A stretch of 64,000 nucleotides of DNA from Pseudomonas phage vB_PaePAO1-KEN19. The translations under genes and the position numbers were made by a program. Numbering within the stretch: position 1 is the first letter of the stretch; each line of letters opens with the position of its first letter. Shown here piece by piece: positions 8,660 to 17,910 of this stretch. Below the pieces are notes generated by a model, which saw only the letters and a program-made list of their open reading frames with translations, had not been told where the DNA came from and made no database searches. The DNA lies in sequence record PP456878.1. The stretch is one strand, 5' to 3'.

Positions 8660-10186
8660 TTAATATTTCAATAGACTATTGATAAAAGCATTAGGGTCAT
8701 AACGGTTATTTGAAAAAGCCGCCATTACATCACACCCTGGCTGATCTTTAAATCTGATATCTTCAGGAATATCGAAGTCAGGGAACATTAGTTTAATATA
8801 CTCCCTAACCTCTTGATCTCGTAGATATGGAATCTCCACCATGTAATCAACGCGACCTTTCCTTAGAAGTGCTTTATCAATATTCTCAGGATGGTTTGTA
8901 GTTAGAATGGTCATAGTCTCATCTAGTGGAACAATGCCATCTAGCCCATTTAATAGAGCTGACAAAGTTAATCCGCTAGCTGGTTGTTCATACGTGATTC
9001 CATTCTTCATGCACTTCTTTAATTTCCACCATCGGCGAATTGTGGTAAATAATGGATCTTTTTCATCGGCCCATTTTGAAACACCCAGTTCAGCCATAGC
9101 ATAAGCACTTATCCCAAAACCTTGATCATCGCTATTTTCATCAAAGATATAGATGGTGTCATTAAACCCAACTACAGAGTATCCTTCATAGTCATCTTTA
9201 AGATCAACCCATGCAGACGGATATTTTTCAATTAAATCAATAAAAGAATATTTCCTCTCTAATTCCTTTATCTCTTTATCTAGTTTTACAGGATCATTTA
9301 AAACACGATCTTTAACTGCCGGGGTATCATCGAAATCTTCAATTAGAAGAATATTACCTTTAGGTAGTGTAGTAAATGCCCGCCTAAGACTATCATTGGT
9401 CATAGAGGCTAATGACAGTGCACTAACATTTTTATTAAAATGTGAGGCAATCGCTTTACTGATTGAGGTTTTACCAGTACCAGGAGGACCTGTTAGAACA
9501 CAAGTGAATTTATAGGGTAGTCCACGATCATCGTACCATTTCCGATCAGAATAGAATTCTTCAATCTTATTAAGGAATTCTTCTTTGATCTCTTTACGCA
9601 AAATCACCGTGTTGATATCGCGTTTAGTAACTTCAATCTCATTGCCCCAACGGTTACCATCCCAATGTGAAATAGTCAGACCCCTTTCATTTGGGCGCCA
9701 ATGGTAAGCATCTACTAAATCAATAATTAGTTTACTACTCCTAGATAATCCACGGATAGTAATATCCATTTGATCTCGACTGGCATTTTGACTATCCCGG
9801 CGTGCTTTTACAAACCAGAATAACCTACCTTTAAACAGAAAGAAATGTAAGCCAAAACCAACACCAATTTTCTGTTTAGTTGCACTATAACTTTGCTCAT
9901 CAACATTAGTTGAAAAACGTCGATTAAATCCAGCTAATGGCTGCTTAATATACCATTCCATGAAACAATCAAAGTTCTTCTCGTTCAGCCCATTACCCAT
10001 GTTGGTAATATGTAGACTAACTGTAAACTGATTTAATGCGAACATAGCTAGTTTACTTGGTAAGCCTCTTAGAGTGGTCCAGAATAAACCACCAATTGCC
10101 ATTCCGATAGCTCCACCCATAACCATATTCTTCTGAGAGATATCGATGAACATGGCGTAATATTGCAATAAGGTTTCTATAATCAT
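8660..10186 (-). CDS. Bcs1-like AAA+ ATPase with N-terminal transmembrane segment (508 aa)
   Basis: N-terminal TM helix MVMGGAIGMAIGGLFWTTL. Walker A VLTGPPGTGKTS. Walker B ILLIEDFDD. Sensor-2 region ILTTNHPENIDKALLRKGRVDYMVEIPY, matching the Bcs1 signature TTNHxExLDxALxRPGRxD. The ATGA start overlaps the upstream stop. Confidence 0.8.
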   Translation of the reverse strand: MIIETLLQYYAMFIDISQKNMVMGGAIGMAIGGLFWTTLRGLPSKLAMFALNQFTVSLHITNMGNGLNEKNFDCFMEWYIKQPLAGFNRRFSTNVDEQSYSATKQKIGVGFGLHFFLFKGRLFWFVKARRDSQNASRDQMDITIRGLSRSSKLIIDLVDAYHWRPNERGLTISHWDGNRWGNEIEVTKRDINTVILRKEIKEEFLNKIEEFYSDRKWYDDRGLPYKFTCVLTGPPGTGKTSISKAIASHFNKNVSALSLASMTNDSLRRAFTTLPKGNILLIEDFDDTPAVKDRVLNDPVKLDKEIKELERKYSFIDLIEKYPSAWVDLKDDYEGYSVVGFNDTIYIFDENSDDQGFGISAYAMAELGVSKWADEKDPLFTTIRRWWKLKKCMKNGITYEQPASGLTLSALLNGLDGIVPLDETMTILTTNHPENIDKALLRKGRVDYMVEIPYLRDQEVREYIKLMFPDFDIPEDIRFKDQPGCDVMAAFSNNRYDPNAFINSLLKY

Positions 10187-10968
10187 ACTAGCATCCCTCT
10201 GGATAGCTTAGGAAAATATTGTCCACAGATCATGTATTCACGTTCTAGAAAATCTAGAGTATGACTTTCAAATATTTCACCTACATCTTTACCATAGATT
10301 TCCGTATACCCATTTTTGAATACGGCCATTACATAAACATCAGACATAGTCATGCCGTAGTTATAAATTTGATTGTCTCTGTATTTTGGATGAAATAGGT
10401 CATATAAAAAACGAGTCATTGAACTATTGGCAACAGTTGTCACCCCTTTCTGCTTTAAGGCATAACGTACTTGTTTAACCACATAGTTAACTTTAGAGCG
10501 CTCGCCAAATACCGTCAGTTTATCTACATTGCAATTACGATATCCCATAACATCAGGATTAGCTATCACGGTGTGTTTTGGAACACGTACATCAAAGATA
10601 ATGCCATTAGGGGATAGAATAATCTTTTCATGGTTAAATAGAACATGAAATAAATGTCGTTCTGGTTTAGTGATTTTGATACTTAACCCAATCACTCCAC
10701 TAATCTTTCTTTCTAGATCTTCTAGTGACTGCATCACCATGTGATATTGATTGAAGAAAGCATTGTTCTTATATTGATCTAATTCAAAGTATTTCCAACT
10801 TCCACGAAAATGAATAGCATGGCTTTTGGTATAATCTTTAGTTAATCGACACTTGAGTTTGTCAAACCAGCTTTCAAGATAACTCTCGACTGTAAAACCA
10901 AGTGGGTTATTATTAATAAGTTTATTGGAATATGATAAGCTAAATCTGTACATAGTTCGACGATGCAT
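10183..10968 (-). CDS. hypothetical protein (261 aa from the internal Met MHRRTMYRF)
   Basis: The track ORF 10183..11043 runs through the terminator hairpin at 11001-11016. The start was moved to the first Met downstream of the hairpin. Confidence 0.5.
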   Translation of the reverse strand: MHRRTMYRFSLSYSNKLINNNPLGFTVESYLESWFDKLKCRLTKDYTKSHAIHFRGSWKYFELDQYKNNAFFNQYHMVMQSLEDLERKISGVIGLSIKITKPERHLFHVLFNHEKIILSPNGIIFDVRVPKHTVIANPDVMGYRNCNVDKLTVFGERSKVNYVVKQVRYALKQKGVTTVANSSMTRFLYDLFHPKYRDNQIYNYGMTMSDVYVMAVFKNGYTEIYGKDVGEIFESHTLDFLEREYMICGQYFPKLSRGMLV

Positions 10969-11000
10969 TTTATATTCCTGCCAAATAAAGAAAAAATAAA

Positions 11001-11016
11001 GGGCTCCGAAGAGCCC
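11001..11016 (-). terminator. hairpin gggctc-cgaa-gagccc flanked by aaa/ttt
   Basis: Downstream of gene 11025..11897. On the minus strand it is followed by TTTATTTTTTCTTTATTT. Confidence 0.6.
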
Positions 11017-11024
11017 TTTATGTA

Positions 11025-11897
11025 TTAGATTTTTACAGACCAACTTTGCTCGAATTCCTGATATAGGAAATTGTCTGACGCATTATCCCAATTTTCTCGA
11101 TCAGTTACACCATAATAATGGAATTCTAGTTCAGTAGGTCCACCAACAAAACCATTCTTAGCATAGCTATAAACTTTGCCATTGGTTAGCTTAATCAGTG
11201 TATCCACATAGAAACTATTACGGTTCCATATTTCATTGTGGATGTACTTAAATACCACACTGTGGATATACTTAAATTGCGCACTTGGTTTTCCGAGTAC
11301 ACTCCAATAGAATTTACGGATACCTATTTCGGTCTTGAAATTAAACTCTCCGTTGCGAATGTTGTTAGAAACAATACGTGCCAGTTTATTAACCCGATTT
11401 TCTTCACCGATTAGATAGATCCCGGAAACACTACATCCATCTCCTATTGATCCATTATTAACTAGTGGATCAACACCATATTCATCAGTGAAAATGGTTT
11501 TGATAACCTCTTTACCTTCTCGACGCACTAACATATTCAGGTGACCATCTTCGATATATGACATATGGCTAGGCTGAATATATTCACTTGTATCGACGAT
11601 AACATCATTCGCCATTACATTAAACTGTAGATGGTTTACCAGATCACTAATACCTTTAAAACGAATGGCTTGGTTCGCTGTATTTAGATCGACATACACC
11701 ACGACATCAATAATGCCTTGTTTTAGTGATTTGTCATCTTTGTCAGTAGTTGTATCAATTTTTACGTAATTTTGATATAGTTCACTAAAACAAGATATGA
11801 TGTCATCATGTAGTTTAATTACATCAGATCCATTTCGTTCAAGCGCTTTAAGCGATACGTTAAAACCAATACGAATTTTATTAGAACGACGTGCCAT
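11025..11897 (-). CDS. hypothetical protein (290 aa)
   Basis: Same-strand ORF. Confidence 0.55.
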   Translation of the reverse strand: MARRSNKIRIGFNVSLKALERNGSDVIKLHDDIISCFSELYQNYVKIDTTTDKDDKSLKQGIIDVVVYVDLNTANQAIRFKGISDLVNHLQFNVMANDVIVDTSEYIQPSHMSYIEDGHLNMLVRREGKEVIKTIFTDEYGVDPLVNNGSIGDGCSVSGIYLIGEENRVNKLARIVSNNIRNGEFNFKTEIGIRKFYWSVLGKPSAQFKYIHSVVFKYIHNEIWNRNSFYVDTLIKLTNGKVYSYAKNGFVGGPTELEFHYYGVTDRENWDNASDNFLYQEFEQSWSVKI

Positions 11898-11938
11898 GGT
11901 TATATCACCTATGTTAAATTAATGAATTATTTATTCAA

Positions 11939-12301
11939 TTACCGTACTACATCTGTGATTAGAATAAGTTCACCATCACTATTGATAACACTATAGCTTT
12001 TTACAATTTCGATGCGCTTACTAATAATCTTATTCTCTAGATCTACTTTTACGATATTAACACGAATTACCTTATTCGATTGATCATGCATTTCTTTAAA
12101 AATGCATTCGATATTTTTACCAATGACAGCTTTTAATTTTTCAATGCTGTCAATGGATGAATATTTAAAACTATATGCTTCTGCCAGGGTTTTTGCATTA
12201 CCCACAACCGTAGTTAGGGTACCCCAATAATCATAAACATACAACGCAGTATCACTATTGGGATTATCGATAATTTCAATTATAAAATCCACTTGTATCA
12301 C
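11939..12301 (-). CDS. hypothetical protein (120 aa)
   Basis: Same-strand ORF with the promoter motif upstream. Confidence 0.5.
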   Translation of the reverse strand: MIQVDFIIEIIDNPNSDTALYVYDYWGTLTTVVGNAKTLAEAYSFKYSSIDSIEKLKAVIGKNIECIFKEMHDQSNKVIRVNIVKVDLENKIISKRIEIVKSYSVINSDGELILITDVVR

Positions 12302-12328
12302 TCCTATTAGTTTATTGATAGTACACTT

Positions 12329-12360
12329 GTAATATAGATCTTAAATAAATTATGATCTAA
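12329..12360 (-). promoter_or_regulatory. early-promoter motif (family 2-like, GATCTATATTAC)
   Basis: The + strand reads gtaatatagatcttaaataaattatgatctaa, giving TTAGAT-N18-TATATT on the minus strand. Confidence 0.3.
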
Positions 12361-12635
12361 CCATTTAAAATAGATAAAGCCTCTATATGCCAATGGTGTA
12401 TTAGTTCTTCTTTACTAATAATATTATTGAAGTAGTTTAACCGATGTGATACCATTAATTTAGAATGCATATCGACTTCACTACTTACATTAATCACCCC
12501 AGTCTCTAATAATTGCAGAGAGCCAACATACGCAAATAAAGTTGGTTTTAAATACCAGTGTTCCCTATATTGTTTTTGATCAGGTACATTTCCTATAATG
12601 TAGTCAGTAGAATTACTTCGGTATGCGTAAATAGT

Positions 12636-12821
12636 TTATTTAGAACCAAGTAAATTAAGATCGATATCATAACTCCCGCTTTTAGCTGCAATACATTCAA
12701 TAACTGATGGAGCCACACATATACGGTTGGTTACACTGTCTTCGCCATCAGCTCTATTACTTGGAATATATGGCCTTAATAAAACATAATCCCCAAGGTA
12801 TATTGTCGATATGTGATACAT
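12636..12821 (-). CDS. hypothetical protein (61 aa)
   Basis: Short same-strand ORF with a weak RBS. Confidence 0.3.
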   Translation of the reverse strand: MYHISTIYLGDYVLLRPYIPSNRADGEDSVTNRICVAPSVIECIAAKSGSYDIDLNLLGSK

Positions 12822-12836
12822 AATTAACCTATTTAA

Positions 12837-13352
12837 TTAAAACAGATAACGCTCTGTTACTGAACGGTATTGTGACATGATGTTTAATGGATCAACATCC
12901 ACTGGTGCTTTAGTGACAGTTAAGCGAGCACCTTTTAAAAATTCACCAATATCTAGTTTCTTTACAGTAACATCATGGATAGTGTTTTTCGTAATCCACT
13001 CAGTATCAATGCTATTGTGAGGATTATTATTCTTAATCCATTTGTCAGAGTCCCTAAATGGAATGGTATAAACATACACAACCATTTTTAAAATATCGCT
13101 TTTATCGATATTATTTTGACAATAGATCGTAATATCCCTATCAACAGTAGCATATCTATCACTATCAAATAACTTTTCGATAGCGCTACCAATACCTAAA
13201 TAAGATGCATCTTTTTCAGATGACGTTGCATATAGGTATTGGTTAGACTCAATACCATCCCACATAACAAGTTCACCAGATCTTTTAAATCCTGGCATTA
13301 ATTCGTCTTGTTTATACAGAGAACCATGGTAAAGTAATTCTGGTTTATTCAT
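12837..13352 (-). CDS. hypothetical protein with N-terminal LYHGS motif, possibly an H-Y-E ADP-ribosyltransferase fold (171 aa)
   Basis: ELLYHGSLYKQDELMPGF resembles the PARP LWHGS and diphtheria toxin YHGT NAD-binding motif, and YLYATS follows. Weak motif-level inference only. Confidence 0.45.
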   Translation of the reverse strand: MNKPELLYHGSLYKQDELMPGFKRSGELVMWDGIESNQYLYATSSEKDASYLGIGSAIEKLFDSDRYATVDRDITIYCQNNIDKSDILKMVVYVYTIPFRDSDKWIKNNNPHNSIDTEWITKNTIHDVTVKKLDIGEFLKGARLTVTKAPVDVDPLNIMSQYRSVTERYLF

Positions 13353-13376
13353 AATAAATTCCTTTTAGTGAATCTA

Positions 13377-13408
13377 TATTGTGGACACTATAAATAATAT
13401 CCACAATA
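13377..13408. promoter_or_regulatory. AT-rich perfect 9-bp inverted repeat tattgtgga-N14-tccacaata, with TATAAATA in the spacer
   Basis: Unlike the GC-rich terminator hairpins. Sits in the 100-bp gap upstream of gene 12837..13352. Operator-like. Confidence 0.3.
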
Positions 13409-13452
13409 TAAAATCCACTGTGCTTTATAAGGGTTATGGTTATCAATTAACT

Positions 13453-13809
13453 TCAAGGTAGTAGTGTGGCAGTATTGAAGTGATTGGTTACTGCTTCGAT
13501 CAGCATTTGCTCGATGTTGATTTTGTAGTATTCTGGTTCTTCGTTCAATTCCCAAATAATAGTCGCACGTAATAGTGCAGGTGCTATGAATCTAACTACC
13601 TTACCATGTGTGTCAAACTCTACATTGAACATTGCATATTGTTCAGTAGTATGATTTTTATAGAAAATGAAATTACCAGCGTAACTGCGAACCTCTATTT
13701 CACCATGAATACTGGAGTAGGTTTCCTGGTGGAATACTTTACCTTTAAGGCGTGTATTCTCTTCAATGATATTTACCAATTCTTTCAATTTGTCTTTATC
13801 TAGTTGCAT
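13453..13809 (-). CDS. hypothetical protein (118 aa)
   Basis: Same-strand ORF. Confidence 0.5.
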   Translation of the reverse strand: MQLDKDKLKELVNIIEENTRLKGKVFHQETYSSIHGEIEVRSYAGNFIFYKNHTTEQYAMFNVEFDTHGKVVRFIAPALLRATIIWELNEEPEYYKINIEQMLIEAVTNHFNTATLLP

Positions 13810-13849
13810 TTGTAGGTTCCTATTAATAAATGTATACGATGGATATCTT

Positions 13850-14215
13850 TTACGATTTCCGGTGCTTATCCATATCTAGTTTTATATCAGTATATATCTT
13901 GAATCTATTAGATAGGCTATCCATATCTACGCGCAATGCCCGAATATGCATATCAGTATCTTTTGGTTTACCTTCAGACTCCCATACGGCCTTTGCGATA
14001 TCAAATGCTACATTGTTCAAATAGTATTCGACTTCATGTTCATCAAGCAAAAGTGCATCATGGAAACCAATACGTGATAGAATGGCGTAATCACGCTGAT
14101 TAACATCTCTCCAATCTTTACGCACTAAGTAACTTTTACCAATTCCATCTTTTTTACAACTTTTACTAATAATTTCTATAATGAACTTATCATGCCATTT
14201 ATAATCCATAATCAT
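13850..14215 (-). CDS. hypothetical protein (121 aa)
   Basis: Same-strand ORF. Confidence 0.5.
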   Translation of the reverse strand: MIMDYKWHDKFIIEIISKSCKKDGIGKSYLVRKDWRDVNQRDYAILSRIGFHDALLLDEHEVEYYLNNVAFDIAKAVWESEGKPKDTDMHIRALRVDMDSLSNRFKIYTDIKLDMDKHRKS

Positions 14216-14222
14216 TACTCCT

Positions 14223-14735
14223 TTATTTAATCAGCTTCATTACTAGAGGAACAGATAGACTTATGCCATTAGCCATTTTAGCTAGAATATGATAGACATC
14301 GTCTGCTTCTTGATTATTGGTACAAGGTATAGAAATGGCATCACCATAGTAAGGACTGTAGTTAATACGGTCGCCATACACACCACTCACAAAACTATAA
14401 TCTAATCCATCCGTGGTAGTCATAATAACTACAACATGATCATCCCCAACTATACCGGATTCTAAATCCTCACATAGTTCTAGTTTTTGTTGCACACCTC
14501 GTTGACAGATCCATACTTCACGGTATTGATGATGAGGATATGGATTACATGCTACATCATTTTCACTAACGAAGTACATAGTCCCCCAGTTGTAAGACTG
14601 GAATTGGGTTGTTTGTTTGTGGGCTTCCCATACCTCTTCCATACAAAAGGTATGTTTGTTAACCCATAGACCATCGTTATTAAGACTATCAACGATCCCA
14701 TCACGGACACGTACTACACGGAGTGTTTTTGCCAT
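14223..14735 (-). CDS. hypothetical protein (170 aa)
   Basis: Same-strand ORF. Confidence 0.5.
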   Translation of the reverse strand: MAKTLRVVRVRDGIVDSLNNDGLWVNKHTFCMEEVWEAHKQTTQFQSYNWGTMYFVSENDVACNPYPHHQYREVWICQRGVQQKLELCEDLESGIVGDDHVVVIMTTTDGLDYSFVSGVYGDRINYSPYYGDAISIPCTNNQEADDVYHILAKMANGISLSVPLVMKLIK

Positions 14736-14767
14736 TTTTAATTATCCTAAATACATAAAGGAATCAC

Positions 14768-15229
14768 TTAGTAAACACCATTGACAATAGCATCGCGGAA
14801 ACGAGACCATTCCGTTTGACCAACTACGAATACTCGTTCTTTAGGACGCCATAGATGATCACCGCAGTCAAGACCCAAGTAAAGCATATTGGTTTTCCAA
14901 TGATTGCGATGAACACGTAGTTTAGCTGATACACTGAACTCACACATTACTTCATTTACATCAAGATGTGTTAGTGTATCACTAATCATACCTGACATAC
15001 TGATACCAATTGATTTACGAACTCGGATTAGATCTTCAGTCATCACCCGCCAAGTTACCAGATGCTCGTAATACTCATCTGGGGTCATGTTGTTTTTATA
15101 ATTCAGTGCACCTGGAGTCATTGACATCCAGTTAGTGAACTGGGAAGTCATGTAATACATCCAATCACTATTATGACGGAGTTCTTTAAGCTTCTCTTGT
15201 ATTACGATATTAGTAGTTGCTTTAGTCAT
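14768..15229 (-). CDS. hypothetical protein (153 aa)
   Basis: Same-strand ORF. Confidence 0.5.
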   Translation of the reverse strand: MTKATTNIVIQEKLKELRHNSDWMYYMTSQFTNWMSMTPGALNYKNNMTPDEYYEHLVTWRVMTEDLIRVRKSIGISMSGMISDTLTHLDVNEVMCEFSVSAKLRVHRNHWKTNMLYLGLDCGDHLWRPKERVFVVGQTEWSRFRDAIVNGVY

Positions 15230-15662
15230 CTACGTAACCCTCATCAGATACATAAGTACGTTCAGGGCTGAACACATATTTGATGTTATTAATTACAGCT
15301 GTGATATAAACCTGATATTCTTTTGAAATAGATTCCATCAGTTCAATAGATACGGAATTTGAACTCTGAATAAGTTTATTTACTTTCTTTAGTTCATCAA
15401 ATTCTAACCGACCGTAGATTACACCAACATCTCTGAAACTGATAACTGGATAGTGTTTCCAAATATAACAATTCAGTTTACCAAGATGAATTACTTGAAT
15501 TGTTTCATCGCACCATTGTTTCTTTTTCTTATTGTAGTATTCAACACGACGTTCGATGAAGACGCGAGTACCAGAAACAGAGGTGTACGCATTCAGTTCA
15601 TAACCATACTTATGGTCAACGTTATTTGGGTCTTGGCGCCATTTTGGGATGAACGCTTTCAT
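15222..15662 (-). CDS. hypothetical protein (146 aa)
   Basis: Same-strand ORF with an 8-nt overlap with the next gene. Confidence 0.5.
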   Translation of the reverse strand: MKAFIPKWRQDPNNVDHKYGYELNAYTSVSGTRVFIERRVEYYNKKKKQWCDETIQVIHLGKLNCYIWKHYPVISFRDVGVIYGRLEFDELKKVNKLIQSSNSVSIELMESISKEYQVYITAVINNIKYVFSPERTYVSDEGYVDD

Positions 15663-15689
15663 TTGTATTTTCCTTTTTACGAAATAGAA

Positions 15690-15707
15690 GCCCTCCCGAA
15701 GGAGGGC
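15690..15707 (-). terminator. hairpin gccctcc-cgaa-ggagggc
   Basis: GC hairpin family, downstream of gene 15721..16035. Confidence 0.6.
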
Positions 15708-15720
15708 AATTATACCATTA

Positions 15721-16035
15721 TTAAATTACGAGTCTATATACTTCTTTTAATTTCTCACCAGGGGTAGCTAGATAATCGACATTATATTTAATAGCAATTA
15801 CACCCACAAGTTCTTTTCTCAGTAGTAGTTCTACCTGATCGCATAATTTATCGATAGCTTCATCTTCTACATCCTCGTATAATGGATATTGACTATAAAT
15901 ATTATCAGGTGTAAGTACAGACAGTTTCAATTCCCCATCTTTACCAATGACTGGGTGATATGTCTGTTTAAGACCTTTACAATGATAGTGATAGGTAATG
16001 CGCTGCTGTTTAGTGGTCATGTAAAGATACCTCAA
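15721..16035 (-). CDS. hypothetical protein (104 aa)
   Basis: Same-strand ORF. Confidence 0.5.
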   Translation of the reverse strand: MRYLYMTTKQQRITYHYHCKGLKQTYHPVIGKDGELKLSVLTPDNIYSQYPLYEDVEDEAIDKLCDQVELLLRKELVGVIAIKYNVDYLATPGEKLKEVYRLVI

Positions 16036-16553
16036 ATAAACCGTTGGGTAGTTCCGTCTTTAAAGACAGTTAGTTGATTAACATCTTTCAATGAATTATC
16101 TGCAATATTCTTAGCCAATAGCAGTAGATCATTGTGATATGTTTTAATGAGAACTTTAAGCCTCTCCCTCTGTTTATAGCGGAAACCTTTATTAATCACA
16201 GTAACTCCATCTGGGTTATTTTTATAATTCAGTACAGTGATTGGTGTATTCGGTACAAAGACGGCTAGTTCGTCATCGAATACAATGTAAACCATCACTT
16301 TATAATTATTAACCGATTCTTGGAATTGTTGTGTGATTACATTATAGTCTTTTGTGCGATGACTAAGAAATAGCTCTCTATTAGCTCGGCAGAAACTATG
16401 TCGTGCTTCTTTATCAGCACTCATAACAGCGATACCACGGATAATGAATTTATTATCTAAGGTATATTTTCTTTGAGACATTGCATAATCGACTACATCA
16501 ACATCACCGCCGAATAGTACGGCATTTTCACCATATCCACAAATAAGAGCCAT
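16032..16553 (-). CDS. hypothetical protein (173 aa)
   Basis: Same-strand ORF with a 4-nt start/stop overlap. Confidence 0.5.
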   Translation of the reverse strand: MALICGYGENAVLFGGDVDVVDYAMSQRKYTLDNKFIIRGIAVMSADKEARHSFCRANRELFLSHRTKDYNVITQQFQESVNNYKVMVYIVFDDELAVFVPNTPITVLNYKNNPDGVTVINKGFRYKQRERLKVLIKTYHNDLLLLAKNIADNSLKDVNQLTVFKDGTTQRFI

Positions 16554-16567
16554 TTATAATTACCTGT

Positions 16568-16927
16568 TTAAAAATTATATTCAATAAATTGGAGAGTGAA
16601 TAGTTCACTACATTCCCATGTACGACTTGCTAATTTATATTTACCTTTAACAGGTAAGTCATATTCATGTAATGCCTTTTCTACTGAACCTGCCTCATGA
16701 TTGGCTAATAGCACCTGTCTAGCTTTTATGATTTCTGAGCAATTAACTAACTCATAATCATCTCGCTTTGGTGTCCAAATGGCAACATTGGTGCCTGGCT
16801 TTCTAGCATACCAGAGTACATCATGGCCCTCTGGATTAATAATAGAGATGTATAGCTGACGTGCAGCGGGTAACCATAAGTTACGTGGATCATATTCTCC
16901 ATTAACATCAAAGAATTTAAATATCAT
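16568..16927 (-). CDS. hypothetical protein (119 aa)
   Basis: Same-strand ORF. Confidence 0.5.
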   Translation of the reverse strand: MIFKFFDVNGEYDPRNLWLPAARQLYISIINPEGHDVLWYARKPGTNVAIWTPKRDDYELVNCSEIIKARQVLLANHEAGSVEKALHEYDLPVKGKYKLASRTWECSELFTLQFIEYNF

Positions 16928-17163
16928 AGAGTTGGAACCGGTTTTGATGGATCAGCAATTAGTGCAGATTCGTCTACATAAACCATTGCAAAGTTTTCAC
17001 CTTCTTTACGAATACCAGTAGAAGGTGTTTTCGATGGATCATAAACGATAATTTGGCACTGCTGTCCAGCTGTTAAATAAGTTGGGCCAGTTAATGCATT
17101 GGGTTTTGGATGAGGAATATCAATTTTAGTAATACAATATTGACCAGTACGAAACTCACGCAT
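16924..17163 (-). CDS. hypothetical protein (79 aa)
   Basis: Same-strand ORF with a 4-nt overlap. Confidence 0.45.
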   Translation of the reverse strand: MREFRTGQYCITKIDIPHPKPNALTGPTYLTAGQQCQIIVYDPSKTPSTGIRKEGENFAMVYVDESALIADPSKPVPTL

Positions 17164-17175
17164 TATATTAACCTC

Positions 17176-17862
17176 TTAATGAATAACTGTTGCAGAAGGA
17201 CGACATTTCATAGTTTTAAAAATGTCAGTAGGATAGATATTACCAGCTTGTCCGAAAGGTTTATCGGCTAGAAGAAACTGCGGACAAACTGTTTGTAGAT
17301 AACCACTATCAGTGGGTAGGAATCCTTCAATATCACTGATGAGAATTTGCCAGATGGGCAATTGGTTATAATAGTCATCCATATTGTAGTATGCGTGGAG
17401 TTTACCACCAAAACCATATACAAATTGACGAGTATCAATTAGGCGAATACCAAATTTAGGTTGGCGTCCCATCCGTTGATCTTCTTCAAATGCACTCAGT
17501 AAATCTGCAATCTCTACGCCACCCGTGATCTGTTTCACTTCTTTTAATTTTTCAAAAATGGCGTAAAAGGTATTTACTGCCGATTCCTTAGTAATGCAGG
17601 CAGTGATCACCAGTTCAGGAAAGAGTGGATCTTCTTTATTACATCCACACGTGTAATAAACAACATTGGAACCAATATCACCTTCTCGTTCAACCACGGC
17701 AAAAGGTTTTTTGGATAGTTTCATTTGCTTTTCAATTAACTGTCTGCTATTCTCACGAATAGATTCATATTCGTGACTGGCCTTAAAAATAGGTGCTTTG
17801 TAATCTATCTCTTTTGGTTCTACTAGATCACTTGCCGATTTGATAACTAATGGATTACTCAT
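17176..17862 (-). CDS. hypothetical protein (228 aa)
   Basis: Same-strand ORF. Confidence 0.55.
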   Translation of the reverse strand: MSNPLVIKSASDLVEPKEIDYKAPIFKASHEYESIRENSRQLIEKQMKLSKKPFAVVEREGDIGSNVVYYTCGCNKEDPLFPELVITACITKESAVNTFYAIFEKLKEVKQITGGVEIADLLSAFEEDQRMGRQPKFGIRLIDTRQFVYGFGGKLHAYYNMDDYYNQLPIWQILISDIEGFLPTDSGYLQTVCPQFLLADKPFGQAGNIYPTDIFKTMKCRPSATVIH

Positions 17863-17891
17863 TGTATATTTCCTTTTCTTATATAAGAAAA

Positions 17892-17910
17892 GGGAGGTAT
17901 TACCCTCCCT
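17892..17910 (-). terminator. hairpin agggagg-tatta-ccctccct
   Basis: GC hairpin abutting the stop of gene 17909..18244. Confidence 0.5.

Noticed and set aside
10969-11043. N-terminal extension of ORF 10183..11043
   Set aside because: It runs through the terminator hairpin at 11001-11016 and overlaps the upstream gene. The internal Met was used instead.
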